The notes beneath the pieces were generated by a model. It did not search any database. It was not told where the DNA came from and saw only the letters and a program-made list of their open reading frames with translations. From the NCBI GenBank assembly GCA_043760135.1, contig JAYUPL010000014.1, positions 25,347-89,346 of the forward strand: a stretch of DNA of 64,000 nucleotides, in the 5' to 3' direction. Below are positions 18,641-28,530 of the stretch, one piece after another. Numbering within the stretch: the stretch's first letter is position 1; the number at the start of each line of letters is the position of its first letter. The DNA is from Candidatus Parcubacteria bacterium. Its GTDB lineage: Bacteria; Patescibacteriota; Minisyncoccia; Phycocordibacterales; CAIZLB01. Made by a program: the position numbers and the translations under genes.

Positions 18641-19547
18641 ATTCTACAGGCCACTCGCCATCGAAGTTTGGAAGCACTACTTTATCGATATAATCTTTAA
18701 AGAGGCTACTTTCAGGATTAATGCCTAAGAGTAGTTCATTGTAGAGATGACTAAAGAATCCTTTGTGTCCGAAAAATTCTCTAGCCGCTGTCCTGGTGTA
18801 CTTATAGTGACTCAACGCACCTACCCAGGAATTTAAAGTACTGAGTATGTGGAAACACTTAAAGTCTTCGGCATTTTCCCAATGACAATCTTCCGTGACG
18901 ATGCTCAGATGGGTATAGTCTAATCTCCCAGGCCGAATGATTCTTTGTCCAAAATGTGTCCATCGGCACAAGTTTTCATTAGTGATGTGGGCGGCGAATA
19001 ATGGACTCCATGCCTCGTGGTCTTCATCAGACAGAAAATCTGTAAGTCTTCCTGCATAATCATTGGGTGATGCAAGACCACACTTAATAAAAATCCAGAT
19101 TAACATCTTACGTAGGAATTCTTGTTCATCTCTGTATAAATCCAGACTAAAGCCGTACATTTCAGATGAATAACCGGAGGCATTTGGTACTTGAGACCAG
19201 ATAAGATCTATATCATTCCCTAACTTTTTGTATGAAGGTACATCTGATTTGCCGTATTTTTTATAAATAATGTTTTGTTTCCGACGCAATTCTTCAACGC
19301 GTTTGGTTCGGTTTGGAACCAAAACAGTAATATAGTGAATCAGCGATTCCAAAAGGGTAACATACAGATCATAATCACTGTTTTCTTTACGTTTTGCGTC
19401 GATATCACTGTTTCTGTTTTTATTCAGTACAATCCAAGGATAAAGTTGGCTAAAATCTCTCCAATCATTGCTCAGTTTTTGGATGAGCGCGTTGAGCAAG
19501 GGAAGGAATGCGGGGAATGCCACGAAGTTTTCTGGAAACATTTTCAT
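18639..19547 (-). CDS. hypothetical protein (302 aa), GC-elevated
   Basis: Long ORF with GC near 42% and no recognisable motif. Confidence 0.4.
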   Translation of the reverse strand: MKMFPENFVAFPAFLPLLNALIQKLSNDWRDFSQLYPWIVLNKNRNSDIDAKRKENSDYDLYVTLLESLIHYITVLVPNRTKRVEELRRKQNIIYKKYGKSDVPSYKKLGNDIDLIWSQVPNASGYSSEMYGFSLDLYRDEQEFLRKMLIWIFIKCGLASPNDYAGRLTDFLSDEDHEAWSPLFAAHITNENLCRWTHFGQRIIRPGRLDYTHLSIVTEDCHWENAEDFKCFHILSTLNSWVGALSHYKYTRTAAREFFGHKGFFSHLYNELLLGINPESSLFKDYIDKVVLPNFDGEWPVE

Positions 19548-19669
19548 TTTTGTATTTGGTTTAAGTTTCTTTGGTTTCTACTTTAGTAACCTTGCAATCA
19601 GTATACATCCATGTCATAATAATATATACCATTCGCCGAAACGCGAATAATATTGTAATATATAGATAT

Positions 19670-20465
19670 ATGACAAATTCTCACCTAAATATAGACCAAA
19701 TCTGTGAAGTTTTAGACATCAAAACGACCACAAAGCGCATACTTTTGCTGTTGAATAGAGAAGAATAATCTCTCAGTTTCCGATATTTCCTCAGAGCTAA
19801 AAATCCCAAAATCCTCAATATATGACTCATTAAACGAGCTTATCGAAAAAAGTATCGTAATTGAATACATGGAAGGACGCTCAAAAACCTTCGGTATCTC
19901 AGACCTATCCCAACTTGAGTCTGTATATAAGAAGAAAATAGATAGTTTAGAATCGGCACATAAATCATTCATTTCATATATTCAAGAAAATTTACATAAA
20001 GAAGATAAAAAAGTTGGATTATCCCGTCCAAGAATAAAGTTTTATTATGGCGTAGAAGGTATGAGACAAGCTTTCAGAGATACTCCTTGGGTAGCAGAAC
20101 ATAAAGACACCTATCTGATGTGGCCAATGGTTGAAATGGTAAATTTGTTAGGTGAAGATTTTTTGATCCACCATGGAACCTCAAGATTTAATCATGATGT
20201 TTTAATGCAAGTTGTGCAGAAGCATAGTGATAAGGAAAAAGTTCCGGAATCATTCAAATGGAAAAATCATGACATTGAGCAAAAATTAACACAGATTCGA
20301 TTTGCTCCTAAAAATATGGATTGGTCTATTAGTTATTGGATATATGGAGATCAGGTTTTATTTGCAGGGTCAGGATATGAAAAATATGCGTTTGTGGTAT
20401 ATAGTCGAGAATTTGCCCAGTTGATGAAGTTGATGTGGCAGCAAGTGTGGAGTGTTTCGGAATAA
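19670..20465 (+). pseudogene. TrmB-family wHTH transcriptional regulator interrupted by a frameshift near 19755-19768
   Basis: The N-terminal helix ICEVLDIKTTTKRILLLLNRE (ORF 19571..19768) and the continuation NLSVSDISSELKIPKSSIYDSLNELIEKSIV (upstream extension of ORF 19869..20465) lie in different frames. Joined, they form a canonical TrmB wHTH. Confidence 0.45.
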
Positions 20466-20477
20466 GTTTTGAAAAAA

Positions 20478-20969
20478 CTAAATCCACTTTCTCACTTTAT
20501 TTTTGTATTCAGTAAAAATATTTCCAAACTTAGATTGTAAAAACTTTTCTTCTTTTCGTATTAAAAAATAATCTAAACATATTCCTATAAAAATAGTATC
20601 TATAAAAATCCATAGACTGTTAAACAGTAAGGCGATTCCTACATTGATTAATATAACAGCAAGATAAATAGGGTTTCTTGAATATTTATAAATTCCTGTA
20701 TCGATAATATCTGTAACAATATTATTTGGTCCAGCTTTTATTTTATATTTTTTAAATTCTATTTTTGATGAAAATATAATTGACCAGCTAAGTGATAAAA
20801 TTAATATACCGAGAATAAAGTTAAATCTGAAATGTAAATCTGTAGAATAAAAATATTCTAATATTGAAGCAACAACCAAGTTTGAATATAAAATGAAATC
20901 AGATGTTTGGAAGAAATTTTTATGCATGATTGTATTATATAATATTTTAGATTTTCTATTTGACACCAC
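20478..20969 (-). CDS. isoprenylcysteine carboxyl methyltransferase (ICMT)/PEMT-family membrane methyltransferase
   Basis: RNPIYLAVILINVG motif and a polytopic membrane protein. Confidence 0.6.
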   Translation of the reverse strand: MVSNRKSKILYNTIMHKNFFQTSDFILYSNLVVASILEYFYSTDLHFRFNFILGILILSLSWSIIFSSKIEFKKYKIKAGPNNIVTDIIDTGIYKYSRNPIYLAVILINVGIALLFNSLWIFIDTIFIGICLDYFLIRKEEKFLQSKFGNIFTEYKNKVRKWI

Positions 20970-21037
20970 CTAAAAAAAGTATATTGTATAAAAAGATTTG
21001 GACAGGTAAAGTGCCTTTTCCCCAAGTCAAAATTTGC

Positions 21038-21589
21038 AATATGAAAACATGTGGATGGATAATTGCTACGGTTGTGGAAGTTACATCAAGAGAAATAAAG
21101 TTTCGTGTGGACGAATCAGAAATTTTCAAAAATTTACCTAAATTTGCTGACTTACTCGGACAAACTCTTGCGATTTCGAAGAAGGATAAGTTTTGGAAGT
21201 CTGAGATTTGTAAGGGGCGCAGGCACCCTATTACCTTCAACAGGACCGAGAAAGAAATCATTTTTTCTGAAAAGTCTGAACATGTATTACTTATTTCTTG
21301 TAATGATACAGCCCCAGTAAGGCTAATAGGCACTGGTTCCAAAGAGGGGTTGTATAGATTACTTGGAAGAAGTTATGTCCCAGCTGAAATGATATACCGG
21401 GTAAATATTCCTTTACTGGAAGGTTTTGTGAAGGGTACACTGAGTGAAATTGTTCATAAATTAAGGTGTTTTCATTCCGGTGACCCTGAGGTATATCTCA
21501 CTCATGAAAAAACAACCTGGTTTATTTTAGCTCCAGACGGAGGTCTTAAAGACACTACGATGCCTCTACTGACACAAAAGGTGAGGTAA
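21038..21589 (+). CDS. hypothetical protein
   Basis: Longer of two overlapping ORFs. Start set at an internal ATG to clear the divergent methyltransferase gene. Confidence 0.3.
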   Translation, partial: NMKTCGWIIATVVEVTSREIKFRVDESEIFKNLPKFADLLGQTLAISKKDKFWKSEICKGRRHPITFNRTEKEIIFSEKSEHVLLISCNDTAPVRLIGTGSKEGLYRLLGRSYVPAEMIYRVNIPLLEGFVKGTLSEIVHKLRCFHSGDPEVYLTHEKTTWFILAPDGGLKDTTMPLLTQKVR

Positions 21590-21699
21590 GATCCTTCAAT
21601 TTCAATGATTTCTGCAATACTTTCGAGTAGTGCAGGGATTTTTTAATAAAAAGGGTATGTTTCTTGCAAAAAACCCCAAAATATAGTACATTACTGCTC

Positions 21700-22119
21700 A
21701 TGCCTACATTAAATCAATTAGTAAAAAGAAATCGTTCAAAGGCAGTTAAAAAGAGTAAAGCTATTGCACTTACTCGTGGTTTTAACAGTATTTTAAACAA
21801 ACCTATCTTTTATACATCTCCTCAAAAAAGAGGTGTGTGTATTAAAGTTACAACAAAGACTCCGAAAAAACCTAACTCGGCTGTTCGTAAGATTGCTCGT
21901 GTGAGACTTACAAATGGTATCGAGGTTACAGCATATATCGGAGGTGAAGGACATAACTTACAAGAGCACTCAGTGGTACTACTACGTGGTGGTCGTGTAA
22001 AGGATGTTGGTATTAGATATACAGTGGTTCGCGGTAAGCTAGACTGTGCCGGCGTTGCAAAAAGACGTAAGGGCCGTTCTATGTATGGTAACAAGAGACC
22101 AAAAGCCACTACAAAATAA
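21700..22119 (+). CDS. rpsL: 30S ribosomal protein S12
   Basis: [11 protein letters not shown]...[10 protein letters not shown]...LRGGRVKD. Confidence 0.9.
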   Translation: MPTLNQLVKRNRSKAVKKSKAIALTRGFNSILNKPIFYTSPQKRGVCIKVTTKTPKKPNSAVRKIARVRLTNGIEVTAYIGGEGHNLQEHSVVLLRGGRVKDVGIRYTVVRGKLDCAGVAKRRKGRSMYGNKRPKATTK

Positions 22120-22259
22120 TTGGCAGCAAAATAATCTTTGAACGAGATCATTTCAAATCAAAAAAAATCCAGTTGGAGTACTCGTGCCGCGAGGAATAAA
22201 AACTTACAACAGCTGGTAAATTTATAAACATAAATTATTAAACAAATTAAAATAAAAAT

Positions 22260-22730
22260 ATGAGAAGAAAAGTAAAAAACCGAAACGTCGCTGGAGTTGA
22301 TCCACGCTTCGATTCACTAACATTAGGAAAATTTATTAACTATGTTATGTGGGACGGTAAAAAATCTACAGCAAGAACTGTCGTATATGACATGCTTGAA
22401 GTATTAAAAGAAAAAACTGGAAACGAAAATCCTATTGAGATTTTTGATACAGCGATTAAGAACGTATCTCCTCAAGTTGAAGTTCGATCAAGAAGAGTTG
22501 GTGGTGCAAACTATCAGGTTCCTTATGAGATCAGACAAGACAGAAGAACTTTCTTAGCTATGAACTGGATCATTGGTGCAGCTCGTAATAAAAAAGGAAA
22601 GCCTATGCACTTAAAATTGTCAGACGAGATATTGGCTGCAATGAAAGGTGAAGGTGAAGCTATGAAGAAAAGAGAGAATACACACAAGATGGCTGAGGCT
22701 AACAAAGCCTTCGCACACATGGCTTGGTAA
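22260..22730 (+). CDS. rpsG: 30S ribosomal protein S7
   Basis: MRRK...DPRFDS...FINYVMWDGKKSTA... conserved S7 signature. Confidence 0.9.
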   Translation: MRRKVKNRNVAGVDPRFDSLTLGKFINYVMWDGKKSTARTVVYDMLEVLKEKTGNENPIEIFDTAIKNVSPQVEVRSRRVGGANYQVPYEIRQDRRTFLAMNWIIGAARNKKGKPMHLKLSDEILAAMKGEGEAMKKRENTHKMAEANKAFAHMAW

Positions 22731-22732
22731 TC

Positions 22733-22800
22733 TCGTATTTTTATAGAGTGATGAAAGACTCCAGAGATGGAGTTTTTCTTTGTACCCCTTTATGGGGTGT
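22733..22800 (+). terminator. two successive hairpin terminators after rpsG (actcca-gaga-tggagt+TTTTC; acccc-tttta-tggggt+gtgtttt)
   Basis: Both stems are directly followed by T-runs. Confidence 0.55.
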
Positions 22801-22914
22801 GTTTTATAACTTTATAAAAAATACTGTAAAAATTTAAATTTTCTTGATCAGTATTTTATGTTGTTTTTGCTAACGTAAAACATTACAAAAACAGATATAC
22901 AAAAAATAAAAAGA

Positions 22915-23277
22915 TTGATTCTTGAGTACTATCTCCTCGAGTCTGGTGTTCTTATTGATAATCATGAAGAATTGTTGATTGTAATAGAGAGCCTCAAAGT
23001 TTACATTTCAAGACGAGCTTTAAAACATTTTGTTGAAAGAAGGAAAAGTAAGAATTTAAATATTGTAATGCTACACAAAGCAATTGATTTTATTAAACCG
23101 ACAATATTGTCATATGATGTTATTGAATATTTTGAACCTAATAAATATATCTATATAAAGCATTTTTACCGAATCAATATGCCCTCACTTAGGGTTGTGG
23201 CAGAGGTTATTGATAATCATCTGCAAATAAAATCAATTCATTACAGGATATATAAAAAGACCCAACCCGAAGGTTGA
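22915..23277 (+). CDS. hypothetical protein
   Basis: 120-aa ORF, first gene of the island that follows rpsG. Confidence 0.35.
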   Translation: MILEYYLLESGVLIDNHEELLIVIESLKVYISRRALKHFVERRKSKNLNIVMLHKAIDFIKPTILSYDVIEYFEPNKYIYIKHFYRINMPSLRVVAEVIDNHLQIKSIHYRIYKKTQPEG

Positions 23278-23436
23278 ATCTTTTTATCATAGTTGGGGTG
23301 TCGGCACTGCACCCATGAGTACTCTAGTTTTTACTAGTGCCCGCAGCGGCCATTTCTGTCGTCAAGCTATATGTTTAGAATTATATTCTTTTCAAATATT
23401 TTGTCAAATAATACTTATATATGCTATAAATGACAC

Positions 23437-24390
23437 ATGAAGATTTCGCAGGATAAACCCCTAGACCCCTCATACACCGTAATACTATTTTACAAATATA
23501 CTCCGATAAAAGAATTGGATCGTTGTTTGAATTGGCAAAGAGGGATATGTAGAAAATATAATCTCACAGGAAGAATCCGTTTGGCTTCAGAGGGAATAAA
23601 TGCAACATTAGAAGGTAAAAATGAAGACATTGAAAAATATATTAATGAAATAAAAACAGATTTAAAATATCATGACTTGCATGATGTGGAAATAAAAACA
23701 TCGGTTGGTAGTGGCTTTGCGTTTAATAATTTATCAGTAAAAATCGTAACTGAGATAGTAAAGCTTGGACTTGGAACAGAAGACATTGATCCAAATCAAT
23801 TAACTGGAGTTCATTTAAAACCTTCAGGGTTAAGAGAGTGGTATGAAAACAATGATGACTTTGTTGTTATTGATATGAGAAATGATTATGAGTTTAGAGT
23901 TGGACATTTTAAAAATTCTATCAATCCACCAATTACAAACTTTAGAGAGATTGCAGATGTGTTACCTGACATTGTAAAAGAAAATCCTGGCATAGAAAAC
24001 AAAAAAGTATTAACCGTATGTACGGGAGGGGTGCGTTGTGAAAAAGCATCAGGATATCTAATGAAGCAAGGGTTTAAAGATGTGTATCAACTGGATGGAG
24101 GAATGCATAAATATATGGAGGAGTTTCCAGGGAAAGATTTTCGTGGAGGATTGTTTACGTTTGATAATAGAGTAGTGATGGATTTTACAAAAGATAGAGA
24201 AGTTATTGGAGTGTGTGATATGTGTAATGAAAAGACAGAAAGATTTGATAATTGTATCAATGATGAATGTCATGTGCATATGATGGTGTGTCATGAATGT
24301 AGAGAGAAGAATAAGTTTATCTGGTGTTCAGATACATGTAGGGAGACCGGCAGAGTTGGGAAGGTGAGGTTTCGGGATATGGTGTTGTAA
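23437..24390 (+). CDS. trhO: rhodanese-domain tRNA U34 hydroxylase-like protein (TrhO/YceA family)
   Basis: ILFYKY N-terminus, rhodanese active-site loop CTGGVRCEKA, and a C-terminal Cys cluster. Confidence 0.7.
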   Translation: MKISQDKPLDPSYTVILFYKYTPIKELDRCLNWQRGICRKYNLTGRIRLASEGINATLEGKNEDIEKYINEIKTDLKYHDLHDVEIKTSVGSGFAFNNLSVKIVTEIVKLGLGTEDIDPNQLTGVHLKPSGLREWYENNDDFVVIDMRNDYEFRVGHFKNSINPPITNFREIADVLPDIVKENPGIENKKVLTVCTGGVRCEKASGYLMKQGFKDVYQLDGGMHKYMEEFPGKDFRGGLFTFDNRVVMDFTKDREVIGVCDMCNEKTERFDNCINDECHVHMMVCHECREKNKFIWCSDTCRETGRVGKVRFRDMVL

Positions 24391-24502
24391 GCTTTATATA
24401 TTCACGATATGTACCCTTTAAATCGTGAAAATATACGATTAAAGAGTACTTATTCACGGTTTAACTTGACTTTATAGTGAATAAAAGTATCATATTAGAT
24501 AT

Positions 24503-25384
24503 ATGATAATGTCTAATATATACAAAAAAATAGAAAATCTTCGTCAAAGGTACCAAAAAGCGTTACCAGGTAAGGAATCTTTGATAAAGATGATTGAAGA
24601 ATCAGAAGTTGCTGAACAGGTGTATAACTCAAATGCTATTGAAAACAGTACTCTTTCACTTGAAGAGACTGAAAAAATCATACTACAAATAGACCTAGAT
24701 AGATTCATATCCGAAAGAGAACTCTTCGAAGCTAAAAATCTAGCTCGAGTCGTTTCTTATATAAGCACGAAAGCAAAGGAAAAAGAGCTAGATCTTGATA
24801 TGATTTTACTTTTGCATAAAATGTTGATTTCAAATATTCAGGATGATATTGCGGGTAGGTTTAGAAAAAATGGTGAATGGGTTCGTGTTGGCAATCATAT
24901 CGCCCCAGACCCGCTTGAGGTCGTTTTAAGGCTTACTGACATGCTGGTTGAATATAACTCATACCCAAGTCATCCTATAACAAAAAGAGTTGCTTTAATG
25001 CATTTAATGTTCGAACACACTCACCCATTTTGTGATGGCAATGGTCGGATTGGCAGGATATTGAATAATTATGTACTTATACGAGAAGGTTTTGTTCCGA
25101 TCAATATAAAGTTCATAGACAGACAGTTGTATTATCAAGCATTTAAAGATTTTGATTTAAAAAATAGTATAGAAATAATGGAGGAAATTGTAGGCAAGGC
25201 GTTGTTAAATAGTTATCATAAAAGACTGGCATATCTTGAAGGGTTGAAAATTGTAACATTGGCAGAATATGCAAAGATGAAAAAGATGTCGCATCCAAAT
25301 CTTATAAATAAAGCCAATAGGCAGACGATAGAGGCGTTTTTGGATCAGGGGATTTGGAAGATTGGGGTGAGGGAGGGGGTGTAA
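24503..25384 (+). CDS. fic: Fic-family AMPylase, class II (N-terminal inhibitory helix)
   Basis: Fic motif HPFCDGNGRIGR. N-terminal SNAIEN matches the [ST]xxxE[GN] auto-inhibitory motif. Confidence 0.85.
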   Translation: MIMSNIYKKIENLRQRYQKALPGKESLIKMIEESEVAEQVYNSNAIENSTLSLEETEKIILQIDLDRFISERELFEAKNLARVVSYISTKAKEKELDLDMILLLHKMLISNIQDDIAGRFRKNGEWVRVGNHIAPDPLEVVLRLTDMLVEYNSYPSHPITKRVALMHLMFEHTHPFCDGNGRIGRILNNYVLIREGFVPINIKFIDRQLYYQAFKDFDLKNSIEIMEEIVGKALLNSYHKRLAYLEGLKIVTLAEYAKMKKMSHPNLINKANRQTIEAFLDQGIWKIGVREGV

Positions 25385-25387
25385 ACT

Positions 25388-26155
25388 TTACTTAATCGCA
25401 GTACTCCACACAAACAAAAAAATTTGCTTAAACATATTAGAAATAGTTGGAGATGAAATAGTCACTGCATAAATATTTCCATCTTTTAATGAAAATAATG
25501 CCACATGGTCTTCCATTGCAATCATTGTTGAATTAAATGGAAATTGATTTGGTAAAAATCTCACCTCTCTATATTCATCATTGGTATATGCTGGAAGATT
25601 GAGGTCTTTAACGAATTCTGGAGCAATCAGATGGGTAAATATTTTAAGTTTATTTTTACGATTAAGTACATTAGGTAGATATTTAGGAAAATTCTCTAAA
25701 AGTTCAGGGTGAGATACTGTATAAAGGTTTCTTTCTGTTTTTGTTTCTAAAATATCATAAAACCCATTAATAATATCTTTTATTGCATCCTTCCCTTCAT
25801 AAAATCTTACTTCTGGATGCAGGGTATTTTTTTGGAGTAGGGATTCAAGTTCGGGGAATATCTCTTTTATTATACTTGTTTTTGATTCAGCTTCTTTAAC
25901 TAATCGTCTAGGGTTTTCTGCATACCAGTAGGCAACCTGGTTTTTCTTAAATATGTTTACTAAATCACGCTTTTTTAATCTTTCCAGATCACAGTATACA
26001 GTGGTCCGGGGAAGGGTAAGATGTTTTGCAACCTGAAAAACAGTCTGATCTTTATTACTTAATAGGTAAAGATAGATTGAAGCCTCTCTGTCATTAAGGC
26101 CATATTCTATTAGATTTTGGGTTAAATTGTTTAGTGTCATAAAAGTGGACAACAT
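25388..26155 (-). CDS. TrmB-family transcriptional regulator
   Basis: N-terminal wHTH (EASIYLYLLSNKDQTVFQVAKHLTLPRTTVYCDLERLKKRDLV) plus a C-terminal TrmB-like domain. Confidence 0.7.
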   Translation of the reverse strand: MLSTFMTLNNLTQNLIEYGLNDREASIYLYLLSNKDQTVFQVAKHLTLPRTTVYCDLERLKKRDLVNIFKKNQVAYWYAENPRRLVKEAESKTSIIKEIFPELESLLQKNTLHPEVRFYEGKDAIKDIINGFYDILETKTERNLYTVSHPELLENFPKYLPNVLNRKNKLKIFTHLIAPEFVKDLNLPAYTNDEYREVRFLPNQFPFNSTMIAMEDHVALFSLKDGNIYAVTISSPTISNMFKQIFLFVWSTAIK

Positions 26156-26249
26156 TAGTATATATTATATTGCTTTACATGTAAAGGTTTTATGTATTTT
26201 ACTATAAGAACAGTCATATTTCATGACATTAATTGACATTTAATATATT

Positions 26250-26990
26250 ATGTTACTTGGAACTAGTTGTTCCAAAAGAACCCTAAAAATCAACAATATG
26301 ATCGGATTATCAAATAGTGTACGACTTGAGCAACGTGTATATTATCGTCAGTCTTTGTCCTTGGATTTGAGACTGGGTTGTGATCTCACAATAGAACAAC
26401 GAGTAGATCAAATCGATACAGGAAACTGGTACTATGCAAGTTTCATTGATTTTATTGATCGTGCTATAGGTCATCAGATTTTACCGTCTGCAACCTGTCT
26501 CAATTGTTATCATGAGCTTTCAATCGCTGAAATCGTTGTGGGCTTTAAAAGAGATAGGGATGATTTCACGACACAATGTCCAACATGTAAGAAAAGGTTT
26601 GAAGCAACAAACCTGCTTGATCGTCGGACAGGAAAGGAAACCCAGTTCTGGTGTGATGAACAAACACTTGCACGATTGTATAGCAAAGAGCATCTCGAAG
26701 TTGAGGAGTTTGAGGCTAAGCATCCAGAAATCTATTACTCTGCACTTTTTCACTTCGGTAGTTTATTGAATGCTTTTAGCAAAATTAAAATCAAGTATCA
26801 TAAAGAGAAGCTAAATTGGCCTGATAAGGCTAAACTTTTTCTGGGACAGATTCCTGATATTGATGTTGCGAAAGTGTTCGGTGTTAAAATCTCTGAGATT
26901 AGAAAAGCTCGCATCGAATTTGGTATCGATGCATTCCCAAGAAGTAAATCTATTATGCCTGCAAACTGGAAACCCTATAGAAACAACTAA
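26250..26990 (+). CDS. hypothetical zinc-ribbon protein with C-terminal HTH-like segment
   Basis: CLNCYHE...CPTCKK cysteines. C-terminal DVAKVFGVKISEIRKARIEFGI. GC elevated. Confidence 0.4.
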   Translation: MLLGTSCSKRTLKINNMIGLSNSVRLEQRVYYRQSLSLDLRLGCDLTIEQRVDQIDTGNWYYASFIDFIDRAIGHQILPSATCLNCYHELSIAEIVVGFKRDRDDFTTQCPTCKKRFEATNLLDRRTGKETQFWCDEQTLARLYSKEHLEVEEFEAKHPEIYYSALFHFGSLLNAFSKIKIKYHKEKLNWPDKAKLFLGQIPDIDVAKVFGVKISEIRKARIEFGIDAFPRSKSIMPANWKPYRNN

Positions 26991-26991
26991 C

Positions 26992-27246
26992 ATGCAACAC
27001 AACGGAGAAAATACAAAACTGGAAAAAGGAGATATATGTCGTTGGTTCAAAGGACATGGAACTATTACGTTTATCCGAGACTTAAAACATATGCGGATAC
27101 ACGAAGGTCAGGATGATAAATTCTGTGTCCAATCAATATCCTTCCTTCATTTTGCAGAAATGGTAAAAATGGTATCGGAAGCAACAGGTATGAAAGCGAG
27201 TATTCATGCAGACAACGAGCAGTTTGCGGATTACATATTCAGCTGA
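26992..27246 (+). CDS. hypothetical small protein
   Basis: 84-aa ORF taken from the internal ATG directly after the previous stop. Confidence 0.3.
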   Translation: MQHNGENTKLEKGDICRWFKGHGTITFIRDLKHMRIHEGQDDKFCVQSISFLHFAEMVKMVSEATGMKASIHADNEQFADYIFS

Positions 27247-27334
27247 CAGATTTGTTTATAATCATCAAACGCACGGACTCTTAATGGAGTACCGGCGTTT
27301 TTTTCTTGATTTGGATAATTTAAAAAGGACTAAA

Positions 27335-27387
27335 CCTATACTTAAGTACAGGAAAAAGGGTGGTTTTTCTATACTTGAGTATAGGAA
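27335..27387 (+). promoter_or_regulatory. two direct 20-bp repeats ctaTACTTAAGTAcaggaaa / ctaTACTTGAGTAtaggaaa, each with an internal palindrome, overlapping the promoter region of the Bro-N gene
   Basis: TACTTAAGTA is a perfect 10-bp palindrome. Repeats are spaced 33 bp apart (3 helical turns). A TATAAT lies at 27409..27414. Confidence 0.4.
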
Positions 27388-27425
27388 ATTTAGAATTTGA
27401 CACCAATGATATAATTAAATAATCA

Positions 27426-28250
27426 ATGAATAAAAAAGCTGATAACAAAAAAATAACTATCTTTGAGGATAAAGAAATACGTCGCGTGTGGCATGATGAG
27501 CGATGGTTTTTTGTTGTCGAAGATGTTATCAAAGCCCTTATTGACTCAAACGATGCTAAGCAGTATATACAGAAAATGAGAACACGTGATCTTGAATTAA
27601 ATCAAGGGTGGGTACAAATTGTACTGACCCTTGACGTGTCAACAAAAGGTGGTCTTCAGAAAATGATATGCTCTGACATGGAAGGTGTTTTTCGTATAAT
27701 CCAATCAGTATCATCCCCTAAAGCTGAACCATTCAAGCTCTGGCTAGCTCGAATAGGTAAAGAAAGACTGGAAGAAATAGCAAACCCTGAACTCGCTGTG
27801 GCTCGGGCTAAAGAACTATATGAGAAAAAAGGCTATGACAAGTCGTGGATAGATAAACGCATGCGAGGCATTGCAGTTCGTAACACTTTGACTGATGAAT
27901 GGAAAAACCGTGGAGCAAAAGGTTCTGATTATGCAATTCTGTCTGATGAGATATATAAAGCAACATTTGATAAAACTGCAAAAGAATACATGGATCATAA
28001 AAGCCTTGATAAAAAAGCGGGGGATAATCTTCGTGATCATATGGGTGATATCGAGCTTATCTTGACTATGCTTGGTGAAGCAACGACAACAGAGCTTTCG
28101 ACAACTAAAGATTCTCAGGGTATTGTTGCGCTTAAACAAGATGCTGAAACTGGTGGAGAAGTTGCTGGGCGGACACGGAAAGATATTGAGGAGAAGACGG
28201 GTAAGTTGTTGGTGTCGAAGAGGAATTTTAAGGATAGGAAACGGATTTAA
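27426..28250 (+). CDS. Bro-N domain protein (DinD-like, DNA-damage-inducible/phage-antirepressor family)
   Basis: ITIFEDKEIRRVWHDERWFFVVEDVIKAL and SSPKAEPFKLWLAR match the Bro-N domain. Confidence 0.75.
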   Translation: MNKKADNKKITIFEDKEIRRVWHDERWFFVVEDVIKALIDSNDAKQYIQKMRTRDLELNQGWVQIVLTLDVSTKGGLQKMICSDMEGVFRIIQSVSSPKAEPFKLWLARIGKERLEEIANPELAVARAKELYEKKGYDKSWIDKRMRGIAVRNTLTDEWKNRGAKGSDYAILSDEIYKATFDKTAKEYMDHKSLDKKAGDNLRDHMGDIELILTMLGEATTTELSTTKDSQGIVALKQDAETGGEVAGRTRKDIEEKTGKLLVSKRNFKDRKRI

Positions 28251-28530
28251 CTATTACATTTTTCGAACCATCGATGTATAATACATATGTGCTTGTTAAG
28301 CGAAAGCTTTATATCGGCTACTAAGCTGAAGGTAGGCATTGATAAAGATCTCGTTCTCGTAACGGGTTTTTATGTTATACGTTAGTCATTATAACTTTAT
28401 ATTTAGGGTTTGAATCAAGTAAACTTTATAAAGTTTGGTAAATATTAAGTCTGAGTATAAAGTTTGCTTACATCAAAGGGTTTTAAGGGTGCTTTGTAAA
28501 TATATAAAACTAGGCTACAATATTACCTAT

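Noticed and set aside
20956-21342. Minus-strand 128-aa ORF overlapping the plus-strand ORF 20960..21589
   Set aside because: It is shorter and overlaps the longer plus-strand ORF throughout. Neither has motifs, so I kept only the longer one at low confidence.
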